A stretch of 61,553 bases of DNA from Candidatus Colwellbacteria bacterium (GTDB lineage: Bacteria > Patescibacteriota > Minisyncoccia > UBA6257 > Colwellbacteraceae): assembly GCA_016176525.1 (NCBI GenBank), contig JACOWZ010000003.1, positions 1 through 61,553 of the forward strand, in the 5' to 3' direction. Below the pieces are notes generated by a model. That model worked only from the letters and a program-made list of their open reading frames with translations, had not been told where the DNA came from and searched no databases. Below, piece after piece: positions 49,231-58,612 of this stretch (positions within the stretch are counted from its first letter, which is position 1; every line of letters starts with the position of its first letter). Both the position numbers and the translations under genes were made by a program.

Positions 49231-49803
49231 TTATTGATCTTCAAATTTTACCTCGTCGCCAAATAAAAGCTGGAACGGATAACCCACAAAGTTGCGCTCA
49301 ATCTTGCCGCACCCAACTTGTTTTAGAAAATTAACCATATCTTCAGCAACCTTCTTAGGATCTGCGCCGTCTTTGCCGATGTACTCAATTTCTACGAAAT
49401 CTCCTAAATTCTTTACTGAATCAACTGCAACTTCATAATCTTTATAAACCCAAGTTTTTCTGATTTTATCTACAACCACAAGCGACTTAAAGTTAAGCGC
49501 TTTTAAAATCTTCTTTGCTGTTTCTATGTTCTCAATGGTCGTCTCATACTCATCGCAATGAGTTCCTTTGCCGCTTTCATCGTAGTGCCAATCTTTGTAG
49601 TTTATTGAACACTTGCCGCCGCCATCGCGCAGGCGCAGCCATTCTTTAACCGGGCGCACCGATATAAAATCCCTGTGCGCAGGAGTAAAATACTCGTCAA
49701 TCTGACGTTTTTCGCCCTTAAACTCCGCGTTTCCCCCTAAAAAATCCAAAAGCGGCTTTTCATTCTCAACCCTAACCTGAATCTCAATTTCGATCTTTTG
49801 CAT
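49231..49803 (-). CDS. CYTH-domain protein (class IV adenylate cyclase / triphosphatase family)
   Basis: N-terminal EIEIQVRV (ExExK-type start) and about 190 aa, typical of CyaB/CYTH. The ATG immediately follows tRNA-Ser. Confidence 0.65.
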   Translation of the reverse strand: MQKIEIEIQVRVENEKPLLDFLGGNAEFKGEKRQIDEYFTPAHRDFISVRPVKEWLRLRDGGGKCSINYKDWHYDESGKGTHCDEYETTIENIETAKKILKALNFKSLVVVDKIRKTWVYKDYEVAVDSVKNLGDFVEIEYIGKDGADPKKVAEDMVNFLKQVGCGKIERNFVGYPFQLLFGDEVKFEDQ

Positions 49804-49891
49804 TGGCGGAGGAGGTGAGATTCGAACTCACGATACCTTGCGGTATACCGCATTTCGAATGCGGCGCATTCGGCCACTCTGCCACTCCTCC
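49804..49891 (-). tRNA. tRNA-Ser (CGA)
   Basis: GGAGGAG acceptor, anticodon arm CCGCA-TTCGAAA-TGCGG, long variable arm, GGTTCGAATCC-like T-loop. CCA is encoded. Confidence 0.9.
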
Positions 49892-49905
49892 GTGAAGTTA
49901 AAATA

Positions 49906-51069
49906 TCACTCTTGACTGGCTTTTTCAACGCGCTCCATAGCAATTTGCATTGCTACTTCACGTGGGCTTTTGTTTTCTTTTTTCGCACGTTTCAAGACAA
50001 GTTTAGTACTTTTCTTAATCTTTCGCTCGACTAAATCAAACATCCGCTTGGGGTTATACCCGCGGTGCTCGGCATAAGAAGAGATAACCCCACCGGCGTT
50101 TGCAACAAAATCCGGCACAACCAAAATCCCCTTCTTATGGAGTCCCAGCTCAATCTCTTCGCTCATCGGGATATTGCCGCCTTCAATAATAATTTTTACT
50201 TTAATGTCGTTTTTATTTGAGTCGTTTATAACATCGGTTACAGATGCAGGAATTAAAATATCCACCGGAATCTTCCAAAAGTCTTCGGATTTTATGCGAA
50301 ACTCTTTTGGATAAACATCTAATTTGCTTTTGTCGCTTATAATTTTATTCAGAACCTTGCCGTCTAATCCATCTTTATTGTATAGGGCAGCGTGATGATC
50401 AGCTAAAGCAACTATTTTAGCGCCACCATCCATTAAATATTGATAAGCAAATGTGCCAACGTTGCCAAAGCCGTGTATCGCAACAGTCGCGCCCTTGAGC
50501 GAAATTCCAGCGAACTCCACTGCTACATCTGTTGATTTAGCTACCCCAAACCCCGTACTCCCATACTCATGGGGTAATCCGCATTTGCCTCGCGCGCCCT
50601 CCGCGTGCCTTACCTTACCATTTGCGCCAACGAAAGTTTCCAAACAAAGATTTGCTGGTTTGCCTGTAGCCGCATGGTAATTATCAACCGCTTCCACAAA
50701 CCACTGCATCTCGCGCTCTCCGGTATTTACATCTGGGCCTGCAATATAGTACTTAACCAAAAATGGTTTTAGCGCGTGTGCAAAACTTTGCACAAATTTC
50801 TTTTTTAGATTATCATCTCCCCCTCTCCAGACTATGCCGGCTTTTGCTCCGCCAAATGGAATTTCTGCAAGTGCATTTTTCCAGGTCATAGTGCGGGCAA
50901 GGCGGAATACCTCAACTTCAGTAACATTCGATGTCATTCTTATACCTCCCTTTCCGCGGCCCAAAGCTAAATTGTCTATAACCAAGAAACCTTCCATTCC
51001 AATCTTGGGGTCGGAAACGCGCAAAACATATTTTGGGCCAAACTTGTCGGTTTTAAGCGTAAGCTCCAT
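49906..51069 (-). CDS. gdh: Glu/Leu/Phe/Val dehydrogenase family (glutamate dehydrogenase-like)
   Basis: GRGKGGIRM, PFGGAKAGI and Rossmann HGFGNVG. 387 aa. Confidence 0.88.
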   Translation of the reverse strand: MELTLKTDKFGPKYVLRVSDPKIGMEGFLVIDNLALGRGKGGIRMTSNVTEVEVFRLARTMTWKNALAEIPFGGAKAGIVWRGGDDNLKKKFVQSFAHALKPFLVKYYIAGPDVNTGEREMQWFVEAVDNYHAATGKPANLCLETFVGANGKVRHAEGARGKCGLPHEYGSTGFGVAKSTDVAVEFAGISLKGATVAIHGFGNVGTFAYQYLMDGGAKIVALADHHAALYNKDGLDGKVLNKIISDKSKLDVYPKEFRIKSEDFWKIPVDILIPASVTDVINDSNKNDIKVKIIIEGGNIPMSEEIELGLHKKGILVVPDFVANAGGVISSYAEHRGYNPKRMFDLVERKIKKSTKLVLKRAKKENKSPREVAMQIAMERVEKASQE

Positions 51070-51218
51070 TAAGGTTTTTCTTCTTCAATAGAATATTGAG
51101 TTATTTGTATATTACAGCTGTGGTGTTCTTTACACCAAACCTCGCACTTTTTTGCTATTTCCTCATCTCTGTAGTGCAACCCGCACTCCCCGCACTGGTA
51201 GAGTTTTTCTATATTCAT
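51069..51218 (-). CDS. Small Cys-rich zinc-finger-like protein (49 aa)
   Basis: MNIEKLYQCGECGLHY..CEVWCKEHHSC. The ATG overlaps the upstream stop in TAATG, and its own stop overlaps the gdh ATG in TAATG. Preferred over the 69-aa alternate-start version in the ORF track. Confidence 0.45.
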   Translation of the reverse strand: MNIEKLYQCGECGLHYRDEEIAKKCEVWCKEHHSCNIQITQYSIEEEKP

Positions 51219-51358
51219 TATTTGCACCCGCAATCGCACGAGCCGTCTGCCTTGTGTACGTGGTCGCAGTTTGCACAAGTTGCAGACTTAGCGCTGTCGT
51301 GCGTGTGAACCTTGTGCACTTCGCAGGGGCAAGTGCATGCCATACATACTTTTGCCAT
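51218..51358 (-). CDS. 46-aa Cys/His-rich peptide (metallothionein-like composition)
   Basis: My translation: MAKVCMACTCPCEVHKVHTHDSAKSATCANCDHVHKADGSCDCGCK (9 Cys, 5 His). Below the ORF-track size cutoff. No obvious SD. Confidence 0.4.
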   Translation of the reverse strand: MAKVCMACTCPCEVHKVHTHDSAKSATCANCDHVHKADGSCDCGCK

Positions 51359-51395
51359 TTTATTTTTTATTTATTTGGTTTATTAATTTCGACCT

Positions 51396-51779
51396 TTATT
51401 GAATCCCTATTATGCCGCCTCCGGTTAAAAGAATTGCAATATTTGCGGCGAGCAATATCAAATCAAACTCCCAACCGGTTTTATCCATCGCTGTAAACGG
51501 CATATGCCACTTTAGCATCTTAAAGTAAGTCGCGCCCACCATAACAACAGCAAGAAGTATCGCGGCAATTTGCGTGTAAAACCCTATTATCAAGCCGATT
51601 GAGGACAATAACTCAACAAAACCCAGCATCAATACCATTCCAGCGGGCATACCCACACCTTGCGCCATACCTTTTGGGTTTTGTAATTTAGGAAGTGCAT
51701 GGTAGATAAAAATTGTCGCAACCGCCAAGCGCAAAACTAGCAAGCCATAATCACTAAATTCTATTAATTCTGGAAACAT
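51396..51779 (-). CDS. DoxX family membrane protein
   Basis: 127 aa with 4 TM helices. LRLAVATIFIYHALPKL is typical of DoxX. Confidence 0.65.
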   Translation of the reverse strand: MFPELIEFSDYGLLVLRLAVATIFIYHALPKLQNPKGMAQGVGMPAGMVLMLGFVELLSSIGLIIGFYTQIAAILLAVVMVGATYFKMLKWHMPFTAMDKTGWEFDLILLAANIAILLTGGGIIGIQ

Positions 51780-51802
51780 AATTTTTATATTATTCTGTCA
51801 TA

Positions 51803-53131
51803 TTATTCTGCGACCTTTTGCATAGTTGATCCAAAATCTCTACACCATCTGTTTATATCAAACGAAAACGCCGGCTTCAAAAAATCTATTATCTTTAACG
51901 CATCTTGCTCGGCGTTTTTTAAGGAAACTGATGCGCCCGGCGAAGGTGTAATATTAAACAAAATCTTATCTCCTACTATTTCTGCCTCGCCCATTTCAAG
52001 TTTTTTTGCGCTAGTATCTACAACCTGCGGTCTTATGCCGCCTATTTTCTTGCCGTAGCGCAAATCTCTATACTTAAGAGACGGTACAATTTTCTGAACA
52101 TGTTTTAAAAAGAGCCACCTGCCTAATACAGGTATATCATACGTTAAATTTCTAAATATATAAAAGAAAATCGGTTTGTTAGAAATAATTTTTAATAGAC
52201 TTAATACTCCTCTTAGATTCCAAACAGAGGTGCGCAAGAAACCAGATATAGATTTGTAGTTATACCTCTCTAAAAGAGGAAGAACCTTGCCTGTTGGGCC
52301 AAAGCGCGTTTGCTGCGGGTTATTAATATCCGGATCGCCGTGTATTGCAGCAAACGGCAGCTTTTCAAGCTGTACTCTATAGACCTTCATATTCAGGATG
52401 TTTTTCGTAATATAAAAGCTACCGGCGATAGGAAGAATACTTAGGTTTTTACCGTAACCAAGCTGCTTTGCAAAAACAAGACTTTGCGGCCCGGCCATAA
52501 CCGCAACTGCACTTGCACTAAAATCTCCGCGAGAAGTTTTAATAATATAAGTATCTTTGTCTTTACGTAGTTCTTTTACCTCAGTGCCTAGATAAACATC
52601 TACAGTTTTATCTGTTTTTTTCGCCTCTCTAACAAAAGATTCCGAAACTTTTTTATAATTTACAGTGTAGCCATCCGGGCTGTAGAGCGCGGCTAGTTTA
52701 CCCCCGTTATTTCTGCCTTTAACAATAGCAGGCTCTAGTTTTGCAAGCTCATCTTTATAAATCTTTTTAATATTCGGGAATAGAAATTGAAACTCTTCAA
52801 ACCTCCGCTCAATTTCTTTAACCTCTCTTTCGCCAACCGCCAAAACCATCTTTCCGCCTTTTATAAACGAATCTTTTGCATATAATTCCAGATATCTTAC
52901 AAGCATAGTTGCCGCCTCTTTTACTTTAACAGCTTTTTCAAGGTTGTAATTTGTTTCTATATCGCCAAAATGTAGCGTCTGACTGTTGTTTCGTTCATGC
53001 GAATTAACTTGGGCAACATTTTTATATTTTTCGATAAGGGCAATGCGCGGAATGTTTGTGTAGCGCGAAAGCGCGTATAAAAGCGCGGTGCCAATTATGC
53101 CGCCGCCAATAATAACAACGTCGTATTTCAT
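51803..53131 (-). CDS. FAD-dependent oxidoreductase (malate:quinone oxidoreductase-like)
   Basis: YDVVIIGGGIIGTA dinucleotide fold. 442 aa. The subfamily call is tentative. Confidence 0.65.
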   Translation of the reverse strand: MKYDVVIIGGGIIGTALLYALSRYTNIPRIALIEKYKNVAQVNSHERNNSQTLHFGDIETNYNLEKAVKVKEAATMLVRYLELYAKDSFIKGGKMVLAVGEREVKEIERRFEEFQFLFPNIKKIYKDELAKLEPAIVKGRNNGGKLAALYSPDGYTVNYKKVSESFVREAKKTDKTVDVYLGTEVKELRKDKDTYIIKTSRGDFSASAVAVMAGPQSLVFAKQLGYGKNLSILPIAGSFYITKNILNMKVYRVQLEKLPFAAIHGDPDINNPQQTRFGPTGKVLPLLERYNYKSISGFLRTSVWNLRGVLSLLKIISNKPIFFYIFRNLTYDIPVLGRWLFLKHVQKIVPSLKYRDLRYGKKIGGIRPQVVDTSAKKLEMGEAEIVGDKILFNITPSPGASVSLKNAEQDALKIIDFLKPAFSFDINRWCRDFGSTMQKVAE

Positions 53132-53364
53132 TTAATCCCCAGCTTAGATTTAAGCCAGTCTTTGTCAAAGCCGACAAACATTTCGCCATCTATGTCTATC
53201 ACAGGCACTGCCATCTGGCCGGATTTCTCCACCATCTCTTTTGCCGCCTCCGGGTCGCCCGCAACATTCTTCTCCGTGTACTCTACGTTATTCTCCTTAA
53301 AGAACGCTTTAGTCATTTTGCAATAAACACAAGTTGGCGTGGTGTAAATTGTTACGTTTGGCAT
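53128..53364 (-). CDS. Glutaredoxin-like protein (NrdH/YruB type)
   Basis: 78 aa. TCVYC active site and a thioredoxin-fold VPVI motif. Confidence 0.8.
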   Translation of the reverse strand: MPNVTIYTTPTCVYCKMTKAFFKENNVEYTEKNVAGDPEAAKEMVEKSGQMAVPVIDIDGEMFVGFDKDWLKSKLGIK

Positions 53365-53365
53365 A

Positions 53366-53746
53366 TTATTTCTTGTTTTTTTCTAAAAGTAGACAAACGG
53401 AGTTGATGCAATATCTTTTACCTCCCAGCTCTTTTGGGCCATCATCAAAAACATGCCCTAGGTGAGAACCACAATTTTTACAGAGTACTTCTGTGCGGTT
53501 CATCCCATGGCTCTTATCAGACTTTAACTCAATGTTTTTAAGATTAGCTGGTTCCGAGAAACTTGGCCAGCCCGTGCCGGAATCAAACTTAGTGTCTGAT
53601 GAAAATAACTCCGCTCCGCATGCCGCACACTTATACATTCCCCTATTTTTCTCGTGTACATACTTACCCGAAAAAGGCGGCTCGGTGCCTTTTTCACGCA
53701 TAATGCTATATTGCTCGGGTGTTAATACTTTCTTCCAATCTTTCAT
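53366..53746 (-). CDS. msrB: Peptide-methionine (R)-S-oxide reductase
   Basis: [21 protein letters not shown] and RYCINS motifs. 126 aa. Confidence 0.92.
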   Translation of the reverse strand: MKDWKKVLTPEQYSIMREKGTEPPFSGKYVHEKNRGMYKCAACGAELFSSDTKFDSGTGWPSFSEPANLKNIELKSDKSHGMNRTEVLCKNCGSHLGHVFDDGPKELGGKRYCINSVCLLLEKNKK

Positions 53747-54267
53747 TTTAATTTATCGCCAAATTCGGCTTTAATCTTAGCAACTTTTGGATCAATAACA
53801 ACTTTACAATAAGGCGCGCTTGGATTTTTAGAGTAATAATTCTGGTGGTAGTCTTCTGCTTTATAGAAATTCTTATACGGAAGAATTTCTGTGACAATTT
53901 TCTCTTTGTATTTTCCGCTTTCGCCTAAAGCTTTTTTGGAATTCTCCGCAAGCCGTTTTTGTTCTTCGTTATGATATAAAATTGCCGCTTCGTATTGCGA
54001 GCCAATATCATTCCCCTGCCCGCCGGATTGCGTTGGGTTATGTGATGCCCAAAAGATATCTAAAAGTTCTTTGTAGCTTACTTTATCGGGGTCGTACTCT
54101 ATTTGAATTGCCTCATGATGACCAGTAACACCCCCAGAAACTTCTTCGTATGTCGGGCTTTCCGCTTCTCCACCCGAATATCCAGCAACCACGGATTTTA
54201 CCCCTTTTAACATTCTAAAAACCGCATCCGAGCACCAAAAACATCCTCCGGCAAATGTGGCTTGCAT
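53743..54267 (-). CDS. msrA: Peptide-methionine (S)-S-oxide reductase
   Basis: FAGGCFWC active site and [15 protein letters not shown]. 174 aa. Confidence 0.92.
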   Translation of the reverse strand: MQATFAGGCFWCSDAVFRMLKGVKSVVAGYSGGEAESPTYEEVSGGVTGHHEAIQIEYDPDKVSYKELLDIFWASHNPTQSGGQGNDIGSQYEAAILYHNEEQKRLAENSKKALGESGKYKEKIVTEILPYKNFYKAEDYHQNYYSKNPSAPYCKVVIDPKVAKIKAEFGDKLK

Positions 54268-54803
54268 TAACTTATCTCTTCTAATCTGCCCTTTAGCGTT
54301 TGAACTTCTTTCTTAAGCTCCGCCATCCTTACCTCTCTACCCGTCATAAATTTGTTTAGTTTATCCATCTCTTCAAACTTTTTCTTTAACTCCGCCTCGG
54401 CTGCTTTACGCCCAGTTATGTTTGGTTCAATGCCAATAAATATCCTAATTTCTCCATCCTCGCTCAACACCGGATAAACTCTAAGCTCTTGGTAATATTC
54501 CGTGCCATCTTTTCTAACATTCTTAACCTCGCCAAAAAAAGGTTTTTTATCAGTCTTTATTCTTCTCCACATGCCTTCATAAAAAAGTTTATCCATTTTG
54601 CCACCCCACAAATGCCCTGGGTTTTTGCCTATCACTTCTTCGCGGCTATAACCGGTCTGTTTTTCTACGCCTTTGTTTGCATAAAGTATTATTCCTTCTG
54701 CATCTGTAATAACTATATGCTCGGGTATTAAATCAAAAGCCTTTGTTATAGGGCTTAACTCTTTTTGAAGTTTTTCGATATCTTCTTTATAAACGTGAGT
54801 CAT
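54267..54803 (-). CDS. PAS-domain protein with C-terminal coiled coil (no kinase or output domain)
   Basis: PAS S-box-like ITDAEGIILYANKGVEKQTGYSREEVIGKNP ... KDGTEY. 178 aa. Confidence 0.7.
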   Translation of the reverse strand: MTHVYKEDIEKLQKELSPITKAFDLIPEHIVITDAEGIILYANKGVEKQTGYSREEVIGKNPGHLWGGKMDKLFYEGMWRRIKTDKKPFFGEVKNVRKDGTEYYQELRVYPVLSEDGEIRIFIGIEPNITGRKAAEAELKKKFEEMDKLNKFMTGREVRMAELKKEVQTLKGRLEEIS

Positions 54804-54807
54804 ATTC

Positions 54808-55284
54808 TTATCTAATCCAGTTTACTAATTTTGGATATCTGCGGCAAATTGGCAGATTTGTACACCAATTCTCTAAGCCCCACACTCGGCCAGCGCGCGC
54901 AGAGGCAAGAAATAAAAGCACTGCCGCGTTAATTATGTGATCATCAACTATAAATGAGTGCGGCGGAATATATGGAAACTCCAAAACCGGAAAGTAATAT
55001 AAAAACATTAATAAAACTCCGAGCAACGAACTCAAGCGCACCGCAATCCCCAAAATAAGAGAAACACCAAGAAGCGTTAATCCCCACTCATTTATAAAAT
55101 TAATAATCGGTAAAATGCCGGGACTGGCAAACCAGGCATAAATACCGCTGAAAGTTTTTGCGTTTTGCAAGTATCCCGCCGCCGACCACTGTGGATCCAA
55201 AATTTTTGTGATACCGGCATAGAACATCAGCCATCCGGTTGAAACTCGTAAGATAAATAACGAAACTTTATAAAATTGTGTCAT
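54808..55284 (-). CDS. DoxX/DoxD-like membrane protein
   Basis: 158 aa with 4 TM helices. LRVSTGWLMFYAGITKI is DoxX-like. Confidence 0.6.
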   Translation of the reverse strand: MTQFYKVSLFILRVSTGWLMFYAGITKILDPQWSAAGYLQNAKTFSGIYAWFASPGILPIINFINEWGLTLLGVSLILGIAVRLSSLLGVLLMFLYYFPVLEFPYIPPHSFIVDDHIINAAVLLFLASARAGRVWGLENWCTNLPICRRYPKLVNWIR

Positions 55285-55313
55285 TTAGTCTTCTAATAAT
55301 TATATCAATTAAA

Positions 55314-55775
55314 TTATTTCTTTTGGATTGAGCGGCCTATAGGCACAAGAGTTGAACCAACCACAACAGCAGAGGCCGCGATAAGAATATTTTTGATAAT
55401 ATATTGCCCCTCTAATGTCGGCACTAAAAATGCTTGCCACGTAGAGCTCGGCAAAAACACTAGCGGCATAACGGTTGTTATAAGGTGCAATCCAATTAAG
55501 AAAATCGCCAGGCGCTCAAACCCTTTTATAAGAAAGAGTATGCCGATTAACATCTCAAAAACAGCGAAACTTGTGTGAAAAAACTCAAACGACATAAAAC
55601 TAATGGTCTTGTTAAAGAGAGTCTCAACAAGCGGAGTAGCCGGGCTAACTCCAATAAGTTTTAATAACCCAAACCAGAAATAGACAACAAAAATAGCGAT
55701 GCGCGCGAGCGGTACTTCTAGCTTGTGTAAATGCTTTATAATTCCGGCGTCAATTTTGTTTATTAAATTACGCAA
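55314..55775 (-). CDS. Membrane protein, DoxX-related topology, function unknown
   Basis: 153 aa with 4 TM helices. IAIFVVYFWFGLLKL motif. Confidence 0.4.
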   Translation of the reverse strand: MRNLINKIDAGIIKHLHKLEVPLARIAIFVVYFWFGLLKLIGVSPATPLVETLFNKTISFMSFEFFHTSFAVFEMLIGILFLIKGFERLAIFLIGLHLITTVMPLVFLPSSTWQAFLVPTLEGQYIIKNILIAASAVVVGSTLVPIGRSIQKK

Positions 55776-55784
55776 GTAGTTTAA

Positions 55785-57776
55785 TTATAACACTTTGCGG
55801 CGGAGCAGTATTGCATTTATTGCAACAATTACAGTTGATAAAGACATAAAGAGCGCGGCGAGTGCCGGCTGTAAAATAATTCCCTTAAATGCAAGTACTC
55901 CAGCAGCGAGCGGTAATGCAACAACGTTATAGCCAGTCGCCCAGAAAAGATTCTGAATCATTTTTGTATAAGTCATTTTTGAGAGCCGGATAATTTTAAC
56001 TATATCTCGCGGGTCGTTTTTAACGAGAATTATTCCAGCGGACTCTATAGCCACGTTTGTACCGGCACCTATTGCAATACCCAAATCCGCCTGAGTGAGC
56101 GCTGGAGCATCATTTATGCCATCGCCTACCATAGCTACTCTCATTCCTTTCTCCTGTAATAATTTAACCTTTTTTGATTTCTCGCCAGGTAAAACACGCG
56201 CAAAATATTCGTCAATACCAAGCTCGCCCGCAACGCGTTTGGCAACATCTTCGGAATCACCTGTTATCATGGCGGTTCTAATACCTAAGTTTTTTAAGCT
56301 ATTTATAGCATCGCGCGATTCTTCGCGAATTTTATCAGCAACTTTTATAGAACCGATTTTGCGACCGTTTACTTCAACCACGATATCCGCGCCGCCACGA
56401 TGACCAACAAAGATTTTCTGACCGTCAACCTCGGCTTCACCCCCTACCCCGGGAATCCTTTTAAAATTTATCGCCTCTTTTACTTCAAGCTTCTTTTCTC
56501 TGGCTTCTTCTACAATTGCTTTAGCAATTGGGTGCTCGGAACTGAAATCAACCGCGGCGGCAAGGGCGAGAGCCTCGTCCGAAGAACTCTCTATAACACT
56601 AAACTTGCCTTCGGTAAGCGTGCCAGTTTTATCAAAAAGCACAATATCTATACCGCGAGCCGCTTCAAGCGCTAAACGCTTTTTTACCAAAAATCCGTTT
56701 TGCGCGGCCTTGGTTGTAGAGATTGAAGCGACAAGTGGCACCGCAAGCCCCAGTGCGTGCGGGCAGGCAATTACAAGCACTGCCACAGACCGCGCGACTG
56801 CAAAATTTAACCCAGCATTAGTGAATAGCCACGCAACGAGCGTAGCAATGCCCCCCAATATTGCTATTACAGTTAAGTAAAGCGCCGCTTTGTCAGAGAG
56901 TATTTGCAATTTTGATTTTGACGCTTGCGCTTCGGCGACAAGCCGCATAACGCCCGCCAGAAACGTCTTCTCTCCGATAACTGCGACATTAAGCTTTAGA
57001 ATACCATCACCGTTTATAGTGCCCGCTATAACGAAATCGTTAATTTTTTTTCGCACTAGAGCCGACTCTCCTGTAATCATCGCTTCATTTACATCTGATT
57101 CGCCTTCAAACACCTTGCCATCGGCAGGGATTTTGCCACCAGGTTTTACAATAACTTTGTCGCCGATTTTGAGTGACGCAAGCTGAACAACTTCGGTTTT
57201 ATTATCTCTAATAATTTCCGCGGTGTCTGGGAGAAGCTTTGATAATTCCTTAAGCGCACCTTGAGCACCGGAGACCGCCCGCATTTCCATCCAATGGCCT
57301 AGAAGCATAATAGTTATAAGAGTCGTAAGCTCCCAAAAAAGCGGCTCCTCATTAGTGAAAATTGCATAGATACTCCAAAGATATGCAGCCGAGATTGCGA
57401 CGCTAATTAAAGTCATCATACCTGGCAAGCGGCTTGTTAGCTCACGCCAAGCGCCAGCAATAAAAATCCATCCGCCGTAAAAAAAGATGATTGAGGACAA
57501 AACTAACGGCAGATACTCAGAACCTAAAAATTGCGGCGGCACAATACCGGTCCACTTAATGAAAATTTCCGAATATGCAATTACAGGAATTGTAAGGAGT
57601 AAACTTACCCAAAACTTTGTTTTAAAAACATTCGTAGAATGCCCCGCGTGTTTATCAAACTCCTTATCGCTTTTGTGTAATTCTTTTTTTGTAGGCACTA
57701 AATTCATTCCGCATTCCGGGCAAATGCCGGGCATGTCGCGCTGAACCTCGGGGTGCATTGGGCAAGTGTAGTACAT
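55785..57776 (-). CDS. copB: Copper-translocating P1B-type ATPase with CPH motif and an N-terminal CPMHPE metal-binding zinc ribbon
   Basis: [17 protein letters not shown]-domain, TM CPH ([10 protein letters not shown]), DKTGTLT and [10 protein letters not shown]. 663 aa. Confidence 0.88.
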   Translation of the reverse strand: MYYTCPMHPEVQRDMPGICPECGMNLVPTKKELHKSDKEFDKHAGHSTNVFKTKFWVSLLLTIPVIAYSEIFIKWTGIVPPQFLGSEYLPLVLSSIIFFYGGWIFIAGAWRELTSRLPGMMTLISVAISAAYLWSIYAIFTNEEPLFWELTTLITIMLLGHWMEMRAVSGAQGALKELSKLLPDTAEIIRDNKTEVVQLASLKIGDKVIVKPGGKIPADGKVFEGESDVNEAMITGESALVRKKINDFVIAGTINGDGILKLNVAVIGEKTFLAGVMRLVAEAQASKSKLQILSDKAALYLTVIAILGGIATLVAWLFTNAGLNFAVARSVAVLVIACPHALGLAVPLVASISTTKAAQNGFLVKKRLALEAARGIDIVLFDKTGTLTEGKFSVIESSSDEALALAAAVDFSSEHPIAKAIVEEAREKKLEVKEAINFKRIPGVGGEAEVDGQKIFVGHRGGADIVVEVNGRKIGSIKVADKIREESRDAINSLKNLGIRTAMITGDSEDVAKRVAGELGIDEYFARVLPGEKSKKVKLLQEKGMRVAMVGDGINDAPALTQADLGIAIGAGTNVAIESAGIILVKNDPRDIVKIIRLSKMTYTKMIQNLFWATGYNVVALPLAAGVLAFKGIILQPALAALFMSLSTVIVAINAILLRRKVL

Positions 57777-57779
57777 AAA

Positions 57780-58289
57780 CTAAATAATGAATTGACTTGC
57801 TAGAGTACCAACTATAACACCAATAGAAATTGCCAAGCCTCCAATCAAAAACATTCTAAGACCATTTTTAAATACACTTATGCCGGAAATTCTGCCGCCC
57901 ACAACTCCGAGCATAAAAAGCGCGATAAGAGTTAACCCCATAGAGATATAAAAAGCAGAAGCTGCCGGGAGTATTAAATAAGGGAATAGTGGAATAAACC
58001 CAGCTGCAAAATATGAGAAGAACATAATCGCGCCAGATTTTAACGAACGTACAGAGAGTGTTTCTGTTTTAGACTCAAAACCTTCGGCAGATTGCTCGGA
58101 AAGCACGCTGCCGGCGCCCATTGAAAAAGCTTCAACAAATATGAGAACAATTCCGGATATAAAAATAGTGCTTCGCGGAACACCTACTATTGCGATGCCA
58201 GAGAGCAACCCGACAGTTGAAACTAAACTGTCTTCAATCCCAAAAATGAAATTCCTAAAATAGGATACTCGTGCTAATTCAGAACGCAT
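57780..58289 (-). CDS. VIT1/CCC1 family iron/manganese transporter
   Basis: 169 aa. FGIEDSLVSTVGLLSGIA motif plus 5 TM helices. Confidence 0.65.
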   Translation of the reverse strand: MRSELARVSYFRNFIFGIEDSLVSTVGLLSGIAIVGVPRSTIFISGIVLIFVEAFSMGAGSVLSEQSAEGFESKTETLSVRSLKSGAIMFFSYFAAGFIPLFPYLILPAASAFYISMGLTLIALFMLGVVGGRISGISVFKNGLRMFLIGGLAISIGVIVGTLASQFII

Positions 58290-58529
58290 TAACTAAATTA
58301 TAGTCCAGAAAATTGAATAAAAAAACTCTACGCATTTTTATCAACAGGCTCGTGCCTGCACTTACGTAGAGTTTGGCCCGCGTGTTCGGATTCTGTCAGC
58401 CAGAGAGAACGGTCGGGGCTAAGGCTTGGCCTATTTATGCGCTCTCCGCAGTAGCGGCAAAAAACGTAATAGTGTTTCATACCAACCCCGTGGATCTACC
58501 CCAGACCATACCATAACCGCCTAAAATTG

Positions 58530-58600
58530 TGGACCTAGGCAGAATCGAACTGCCAATCCCTCATTGCAAATGAGGAGTTATACCATTTAACTATAGGCCC
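58530..58600 (-). tRNA. tRNA-Cys (GCA)
   Basis: Acceptor GGGCCTA/TAGGTCC (one G:U pair), anticodon arm CCTCA-TTTGCAA-TGAGG, T-loop GTTCGATTC. Confidence 0.85.
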
Positions 58601-58612
58601 CTACACCAATCC

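Noticed and set aside
48420-49803. CYTH cyclase plus downstream 7-TM BI-1-like protein as a nucleotide-signal/membrane-effector defence pair
   Set aside because: The two genes differ clearly in composition, are separated by 88 nt, and the second has its own SD. The pairing therefore looks like a cassette insertion next to CYTH rather than an operon. No other defence hallmarks are present.
51069-51278. 69-aa version of the small Cys protein given in the ORF track
   Set aside because: Its first 20 codons (MCKLRPRTQGRRLVRLRVQI) overlap, in another frame, the end of the 46-aa Cys/His-rich ORF. The internal ATG at 51218 forms a TAATG junction with that ORF, so the shorter 49-aa product is more plausible.
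58328-58480. 50-aa GC-rich minus-strand ORF (MKHYYVFCRYCGERINRPSLSPDRSLWLTESEHAGQTLRKCRHEPVDKNA) between tRNA-Cys and VIT1, within a 240-nt non-coding-looking higher-GC spacer
   Set aside because: It has no convincing SD and only one CxxC, and its coding status is undecidable from sequence alone. I also checked the spacer against what I remember of SRP RNA domain IV and found no match. It is worth a covariance-model scan but is not reportable as a feature.
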